Of a stretch of DNA of 64,000 nucleotides, positions 56,640 through 64,000 are shown one piece after another. Source of the stretch: Octopus vulgaris (lineage: Eukaryota); the NCBI GenBank assembly GCA_951406725.2, contig OX597821.1, positions 63,736,001 to 63,800,000 on the forward strand. Reading direction: 5' to 3'. The first letter of the stretch is position 1. Every line of letters begins with the position of its first letter. Position numbers and translations under genes: made by a program. The notes under the pieces were generated by a model, which did no database searches, was not told the DNA's origin, and saw nothing but the letters and a program-made list of their open reading frames with translations.

Positions 56640-56818
56640 AAAAAAAAAAGACGAAGACAGGTAGTGTAGACAACAAACAGATGTATTAGTATAACGCTCG
56701 GGAAGTGAAAGAGTCTTTAATGTTTCGAGCCTACGCTCTTCCACAGAAAGGAATACAGAAAGAAAAAAAACAAGGAGAGAAATTAAAGAATGTGTAGCGA
56801 CTAGCGATCTATCATGGC

Positions 56819-56820
<2 letters not shown>
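56640..56820 (-). mobile_element. PLE-end-like fragment with hammerhead-like motif (56715-56750)
   Basis: RC: CTTT-CTGTGGA-A-GAGC GTAG GCTC-GAAA-CAT-TA-AAG. Layout parallels 14520-14720. Confidence 0.6.
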
Positions 56821-56888
<68 letters not shown>

Positions 56889-57344
56889 GGTTAATCATTT
56901 TATTGCCAAATAAACACGCACTATATATTCGTTCTTCACTCCGTCGCTATCCGAATTTAGGGCTTGGTCTTAAAAGAGATTAAGATCGAGATTGTTGTTT
57001 TGTAAGGCTCTTTGTCCGTTTTAATGGTTGTGTAAGTTAGTCTTGATTTCGAGTGAAGTGTTTGTATTGAAGGGTACTTGTTTGTATATATTCACTTTTT
57101 TGATCGGGATGCTCATTACTTTTTTGATGTTTTTGTTTTGCTTTATTTATGATGGTTATTAAATAATTTTATGTTTAGGTTATGCTGTTCCATTTGTTAT
57201 ATCAAGCCCATTGTTGCTGGGGCGGTGGCTATCTAGAATTATCTTTATATCTCTTCAATTATCATTATATTATCATTATATCTCTTGACGTAATTGATTA
57301 ATTTAACAAAATCACAAAGAGACAAAATTGCGTGTATATATATA

Positions 57345-57400
<56 letters not shown>

Positions 57401-57901
57401 GTGTGTGTGTATGTATGTATATATATATAACCTATATGTACGTTTATCTGCCTATCACACAATCTCTCTCTCTCTCTCTCTCTCTCCTTATGTGCGTGTG
57501 TGGTGTAAATATATATGTATGGATGGATGGATGGATGGATGGACGGACGGATGGTTGGACGGATGATGGATGGATGGACGGATGATGGATGGTTGTATAT
57601 ACTCTCATATATACATGTATATACTTATGCGCGTCTAAGCATATTCATAGATATGCATACATGTGTATGCGAGTGGAAGTGTGTAGGAGTGAATTAACGT
57701 GTGTGGGCGCGCGCATGTTTGTTCACCCGTCCATGATCGAGGAAATTGATGTCATTGACAACATCTTGTTTCCAGGAAGTGAAAAATAAGTTATAATTTA
57801 CTTGGAAAAGGAAATAGCGCTTGTATCAGAAAATGCAGACATTCGTAAAATGGACTAAAACAAAGGCAAAATATGAATATATAATTGATTTAATATTTAT
57901 A

Positions 57902-58467
57902 TTGGGTTGTCCGGAAAGTTCGTGTCGATTTTTAAAGGAATGAAAAAGGGCAATAAATACTTGCCATTACATTTTTAATCAACCAAATATGAACTATTTT
58001 GTTGCACAATCCGTCTCCATCTTTCCTTTAACTTGAAAATACCCTCTTCCCAGAATGGAGGTGATTTCATGGCAAAGAATTCATCAAGGTATCTTTTTAC
58101 GTCATCCAAGGAATTGAAATTTTTACCATTAAGACTATTCTGCAGAAACCTGTAGAAGTGGAAATCCGAAGGAGCAATATCTGGTGAATATTGAGTGTGG
58201 GGTAACACATCCCAGCCGAGTTGCAGCAATTTTTGTCTGGTTCCCAAAGCATCAAGTGCCGAAAATGAACTTTCTTATCTTCCATTTTAAAGGGTTACAG
58301 AACTAACATAGGTTATAGGAACATAAATCTTCTTCTACGAAAATATAGCTTAAACTGTGCTCTAAATGGAGGTGTAGTCAAATCCTATTTTATGGACTCA
58401 ACCGTGTTTTAAAATAAGCCGAAATGTAAGCTACTATGATTCGGCACGAACTTTCCGGACAACCCAG
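57902..58467 (-). mobile_element. Internally deleted mariner element with intact TIRs
   Basis: TIRs TTGGGTTGTCCGGAAAGTTCGTG / CACGAACTTTCCGGACAACCCAG with TA flanks. N-terminus MEDKKVHFRHLMLW joined out of frame to C-terminus TRQKLLQLGWDVLPHTQYSPDIAPSDFH. Confidence 0.93.
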
Positions 58468-58850
58468 TATTTATATCGATGCGTTTGAGTGTGTATAAAA
58501 CTGATAAACTGAATACATTCTCTACATTTTACCTGCTTTTAGCGCCTCTGACCGTCACTCACTCCTCGTTTGTTATTTTAATCTCCTTCTTCCAGTGTGA
58601 CCGACAGGAAAAAAATGGCATTTTATTATGTTAAATACTTAGGTGTATTTACGTGACATGTGTGCTACACTGCGAAACAGCAAATGTTGAAAAACTTTAG
58701 TTTGCAATATCTGTTTGTAAAATATGCGCTGAATACTAACGGAATATCTTTTGAGATAAATATAGAAAATTCCGTAAACGCCCCATTGATATTTCTTTTT
58801 TATTATTTGGGTGCACTAAATGCGAGATTGCTTCTGGACATTAAAAATAT

Positions 58851-59123
58851 AGGATGGGGTGCTAAAAAAGTTCTTGGCTGCAAGGGTGGATGGATGGATG
58901 GTTGGATAGTTGTATATAGTCTCATACATACATGTATATATTCGTGAAAGGCCTGGTTGGAGGCCTAACTTTCTAAGTTCTTTTCCAGGGCTTAGAAAAA
59001 CTGAAGGACCGATGCAGTTAGTATATGAATCTGAGAGGGCAATATTTTGAATAAGATCACAATTAACTGATCCTCCTGTATTTTCTTTTACCCAATCCCA
59101 GGAACTTTTAAGCGTACCCTCGT
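58851..59123. mobile_element. Probable mariner-derived MITE remnant
   Basis: GGGGTGCTAAAAAAGTTCTTGG versus CCAGGAACTTTTAAGCGTACCCTCGTA, an imperfect inverted pair. Confidence 0.5.
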
Positions 59124-59838
59124 AATTGAACACTTTCGTCACTCACCTTTCTCTTCAAACATGAAAGCGAAAATGTGCTTATTATGCATGTTTCACCGTA
59201 TGGGTATTGGGGCTGTGTCGAATATATTTCCCATGTAGCGGTATTCGTTCATCGGGAGATAGGTAAAACACATTATTGTATGAAATCAACACTTTCAAGT
59301 TTCCATTTCAAAGTTAGGCCCAAGCAAATATTTAAGATCAGTATTACTATACCACAATTTTTTCTTCTTTCTTTTTTTTTTCTTCTTTTTTCAATTATTC
59401 CGTTTCCCCCCCTGCTGCGTAGAACAGTTTCATATTGATTGATGTTAGCAAGTAAAGTTTTTTTTTTTAGCGAAACCACAACGCAATATGCCTACTGTCA
59501 GTATAGGTACAAACTTCATTTATGGTGGATGCAATTCTTATATCCATTCAGGTTTCTGTTAAGCAAATTCATATCTCAAATATGCTTTTTTACTCATTGA
59601 TACACACGTCCACAACGAGATAGCACACACACACACACACACACAATCAAATACACAAACACACACTCTCACTATCTAACTAACTATATGAAATTACTTA
59701 CAAGAAACCTGAATGGACATAAGAAGTGAATCCACCATAAATGAAGTAGTTAGTTTTAACTGCTATTTCTAAATTTCGGTATGTGGTGAAGCAAATTTTT
59801 GCTGAACGCTAATTATAATTATACTCATAATTATAAAA

Positions 59839-59889
<51 letters not shown>

Positions 59890-59943
59890 CATACATACAT
59901 ACATACATACATACATACATACATACACATACGCAGTGAGATA

Positions 59944-60369
59944 GGATCGGTTAGAACGGCAGTTTTTAACATAATTTCTAGGTAACTAAAAAATTTTTAA
60001 ATTCCTTTACTGGTAGAATGTGTTTATAAAACATCTTTTTCTCTTGGCTTTATTGAGAAAATTCTATAGTCTTTAAGATATTTGTTGTTTTTTCTTCAAT
60101 TTCTGCAATTTCAACCAATCACTGAAGTATTTGAGGTAAAAAAACATTCTGTGCCGTATGAATATGTCCCTCGTTTAAGAAACAGATTGGGGTTATTTAC
60201 GTTTGTGAAGAAAAAAAGATCCCCTTCCGCCCACCCCTAATCCTAACCCTAACTAACCCTAACCCTAAAATAGATTGAAATGCAATAGCTCGATACTAGG
60301 GTCATAATTATGGGTGACAATTTCATATGACACCGCTAGAAAAAACTGCCGTTCAAACCGAAAAGATCC
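59944..60369. mobile_element. GGATC-ended TIR element with internal (CCCTAA)n and 8-bp TSD
   Basis: TIRs GGATC..GGTTAGAACGGCAGTTTTT / AAAAAACTGCCGTTCAAACCGAAAAGATCC. Flanks GTGAGATA and GTGAGTTA. CCCTAA array at 60235-60268. Shares interior with 37116-37801. Confidence 0.85.
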
Positions 60370-60394
60370 GTGAGTTATTCAAAAACGTGTGAAT

Positions 60395-60459
<65 letters not shown>

Positions 60460-60465
<6 letters not shown>

Positions 60466-60620
60466 ATGTTACATTACTCGGTAGTCAAGATAAAACTCTG
60501 AGTTTCAGATGCCGAAGTAAATCCATAACACCATCTCTTCGGTTATCTGGCTATTTGATAAATTTCCTCTATTTACATAATATTGAGGTCTCTTTCTTTC
60601 TTTTGTTATCTTACCGTTTT

Positions 60621-60627
<7 letters not shown>
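60460..60627. mobile_element. (TA)n-embedded PLE-end-like fragment with hammerhead-like motif (60488-60548, -)
   Basis: RC: AGATAA-CCGAAGA-GATG..CATC-T-GAAA-CTCAGAG-TT-TTATCT, with a perfect 6-bp stem I. Confidence 0.65.
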
Positions 60628-60675
<48 letters not shown>

Positions 60676-61144
60676 GGCCAGGTGTTCAAAAACGTGTGAA
60701 ATATATCCGTATTGCAGTGTGTGCGCACGGGTGACTGTTACATTTGAGTCAAGATTGAGAAACAATAGAAAAAGTATGAAGAGAAGAAAAAGAAACCGAG
60801 AGAATAAATGACAGATAACACATCACTTCTATGATGTATGCTAACAGTAGACTAGGTCGTTCACTCTGCTGTTATTACAATGCCGTTGCCTATCCTCAGA
60901 CTGACAATCGGAGTCTTTGTTATTCTAATTGATCAATCAGCGATGCTAATGAGGTGCTTGTGATATATAAAGAAAACGGAGGATTAGCGTTTAAATTACC
61001 TTCTGAAGAGCAGCTTAATCTCGTCGCCGGCTACACCACCTCGTTTTACTCTCCCACGCTCTTCCTCTCAGTTTTCCGAGCAGGTGTTATTCCTTTCTTT
61101 CGTTACACTTGGTTTCGTATTTAATTTCTATCTGTTTATTATTA

Positions 61145-61177
<33 letters not shown>

Positions 61178-61179
61178 TA

Positions 61180-61415
61180 TGACGGTAAGCTGGCAGAATA
61201 GACATCACGTCGAGCAAAATGTCTAGCGGCATTTCGCCGGTCTTTACGTTCTGAGTTCAATTTTCACCGATGTCCGGCTTGCCTTCATCCTTTCGAGGTC
61301 GATGTAATAAGTACCGGTTACAAACTGGGCTCGATGCAATCGACTAGCCCCCTCCCCAACCCCATCCCACAAAGATTTGGGCCTTCTGCTTATAGTAGAA
61401 AGGATTATTATTATA

Positions 61416-61447
<32 letters not shown>

Positions 61448-61632
61448 GGCGGAGAATGGACAGAATCATTAACATACAAGCAAAATGATTAGAGGCTTCC
61501 GCAGATGCTGATTTTACCTTTCATCATTTTGGGGTCGATAAATTAAGTACCAGTAAAACACTGGGTTGGTGAAATCGACAATCCACCTCCTCCAAATTCC
61601 AGGACTTCTGCCTATAGTAAAAAGGATTATTA

Positions 61633-61693
<61 letters not shown>

Positions 61694-62085
61694 GACGGAT
61701 ATTGGAAAGACTTGTTAACATACAAGCAAGATGCTTAGAGGCTTCCGGAGAGGCTCATTTTGTATTTCATCATTTCGGGGTCGATAAAATAAGTACCATC
61801 TGAGCACACTGACGCGTTCCATCCCCTCAAATTGCTCGCCTTGCACCAAAATTTGTAAACAATGTATCGCAATTATGAAGGTGGCGAACTGGGAGAATCG
61901 TTAGCACACTGGACAAGGCGCTTAGCGGCCTTCCGTCCGCTGTTATGTTCTGAGATCAAATTCCGCCGAGGTGCACTTTGTCTTTCATCCTTTTGAGGGT
62001 TCGATGAAATAAGTACCACTGGGGATGACGTAATCGACTAGCCCCATCTTCCAAAATTCTAGATATTCTGCTTATATTAGACGGG
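61180..62085 (+). mobile_element. Cluster of four family A SINEs, mostly separated by (ATT)n
   Basis: Heads at ~61180, 61447, 61695 and 61880, each followed by TTTCATC..GGTCGAT..AAGTACC. Confidence 0.8.
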
Positions 62086-62204
62086 AATCTAACAATCATT
62101 TTTTTCGAAATTTGTGCGTTCGAAGTGACGTATTTTGTGTGAAACATTTAACATTTATTAGAATAATTTCAAACAGTCTTAGATATCAAGAGAAAAACAA
62201 CGAG

Positions 62205-62620
62205 CGGTCAGTTGGTCATTGAATTTAAGAAGTAGGATATATGTGGTATAGTGGTTAGGGTTTTGCTCTTATAATAGCAAGGTCGGGGTTTCGATTAGGC
62301 GACTGGACGGTGTATTGTTGTCTTGAGTTAAACAATGAGTTGTCACTTGGCCATTGAATTTAAGGAGAAGCAGAACATATGTGGCCCAGGGATTAGGGTA
62401 TTGCTCTTATGACAGCAAACCAGGTTTTCGATTACGGGACTGGGCGGTGTATTGTGGTCTTGAGTTAAACACTTCATTTCACATTGCTCCACTCCACTCG
62501 ACAATAGATGGGTAACCCTTCGAGGGCCTAGAATCCTGTTCTTACATAATGTTGTTGTGATCTCGTTGATTTATACAGCATGGAAACCAGGTACAAGTTC
62601 CTATGAATTCTAGACCACGT
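62205..62620 (+). mobile_element. Family C-like SINE with local duplication of head and flank
   Basis: TTGG(T/C)CATTGAATTTAAG..GTGG..TTAGGG..GGTTT(T)CGATTA..TCTTGAGTTAAACA occurs twice. Confidence 0.65.
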
Positions 62621-62714
62621 GAAAATAAATATTTACTTTACTGAGATGGCTAATTTCAAATACTCCAGAACAAGCCCACAAAAAAGAAAAAAAGCGAATG
62701 TATTAAGAAACATG

Positions 62715-63140
62715 TTAGCGTGACCGTGATTGTAAGAACTTGATTCCCAACAACATGGATCCCGGTTCAGTCCTGCTACGTAGTACCTTGGATAAGTGTC
62801 TTTTATTATAGTCTGGGGCCGACCAGAGCCTTGTGTCGGAAACTGAGAGAAGCCCGTCGTATGTGTGTGAGTGTCTGTCTGTATGTATGTATGCACGTAT
62901 ATATGCATGTGTGCGTGTGTGATTGAGTAATTGTGAGTTTGTTCCCCACCACCACTCGACAACCAATGTTGGTGTGTTTACGCCCCCGTAACCTAGCAGT
63001 TCAGCAAGAGATTTTCGATATAATAAGTACCAGGCTTTTAAAAAATATAAATAAAGTAGTGGGATCGATTCATTCGACTAAATATTCATCAAGGCGGTGC
63101 CTCAGCATCGCCGCAGCCTCATGACTGAAACAAATGAAAG
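62715..63140 (+). mobile_element. SINE family B (diverged)
   Basis: Family B motifs. Confidence 0.8.
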
Positions 63141-63640
63141 ATATATAAGGATAACTTGCCTTCCTAACCATGAAAACGACTGTAATCTCTATAAACATAA
63201 GATGCGTTAGTTAGTTACATCTCCAGAACAATTACCGTCATAATTGAAAAAAACAATATTTTTTTCACTCGGACAACTAAAAACATTTAAAAATTTAGTT
63301 TACATTTCCGACTTCAGCTTTTTTCAGTTCAAAGTTATTGTTAATTTAAATAGTTTACAAATGAGTGTTCAGACATTTCAAACTATATTACAAAGTGTTT
63401 AACTGCTACGTAATTTGTCGCGACTTATAGCAGAGTCAATTAGTCGAAAATGTGCTTATTACAAGCATGTTTTATTTTACTTTATTGATTATTAGTTTAT
63501 TTGTATATTTGTGTATTCTCTTCTATGTTTTATAATTTTCTAGCTTTTATGGAAAGGGAGGGGTTTGATCTTCTACTTCCAAGATCAAATGAATTTAACA
63601 GCCACCTTTGACTGCTGAATTGTAATTTTCTTTTAATATT

Positions 63641-63799
63641 TAGGAGTGGCTGTGTGGTAAGTAGCTTGCTAACCAACCACATGATTCCAGGTTCAGCCTC
63701 TCTGCGTAGCACCTTGGGCAAGTGTCATCTACTATATCCTCGGGCCAACCAAAGCCTTGTGGGTGGATTTGGTAGACGGAAATTGAAAGAAGCCCGTCG

Positions 63800-63868
<69 letters not shown>

Positions 63869-64000
63869 GTGTGTATGTGTTGTGTGTGTGTGTCCCACAT
63901 CGCTTGACAGCGATGCTGGTGTGTTTACGTCCCCATAACCTAGCGGTTCTGCATAAGAGACCGATAGAATAAATACTAGGCTTACAAAGAATAAGTTCTG
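63641..64000 (+). mobile_element. SINE family B (runs off the window)
   Basis: Family B motifs. Confidence 0.9.

Overview
AT-rich, microsatellite-dense eukaryotic DNA, intronic or intergenic. The tRNA-derived SINE families and the (TA)n/(TAGA)n/(AAT)n/(GAA)n load suggest a cephalopod (Octopus-like) genome; this is inference, no search was run. I see no convincing host gene: most supplied ORFs are translated microsatellites or SINE sequence. The window is mostly mobile-element debris: three abundant SINE families, a near full-length degenerate Penelope-like element (PLE; RT plus C-terminal GIY-YIG) at ~29.1-34.9 kb, further PLE/RTE/CR1-type fragments, mariner/Tc1 remnants and MITEs, and a ~0.8 kb tandem duplication. 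Three signals stand out. (1) Short non-coding PLE-end-derived elements, often fold-back and embedded in (TA)n, carry minimal type I hammerhead-ribozyme-like motifs with variant cores. (2) A GGATC-ended TIR element family carries internal telomere-type (CCCTAA)n. (3) Head-to-tail SINE trimers share the same 184-bp unit and junction at two independent loci. Coordinates were read by eye and may be off by a few bases.
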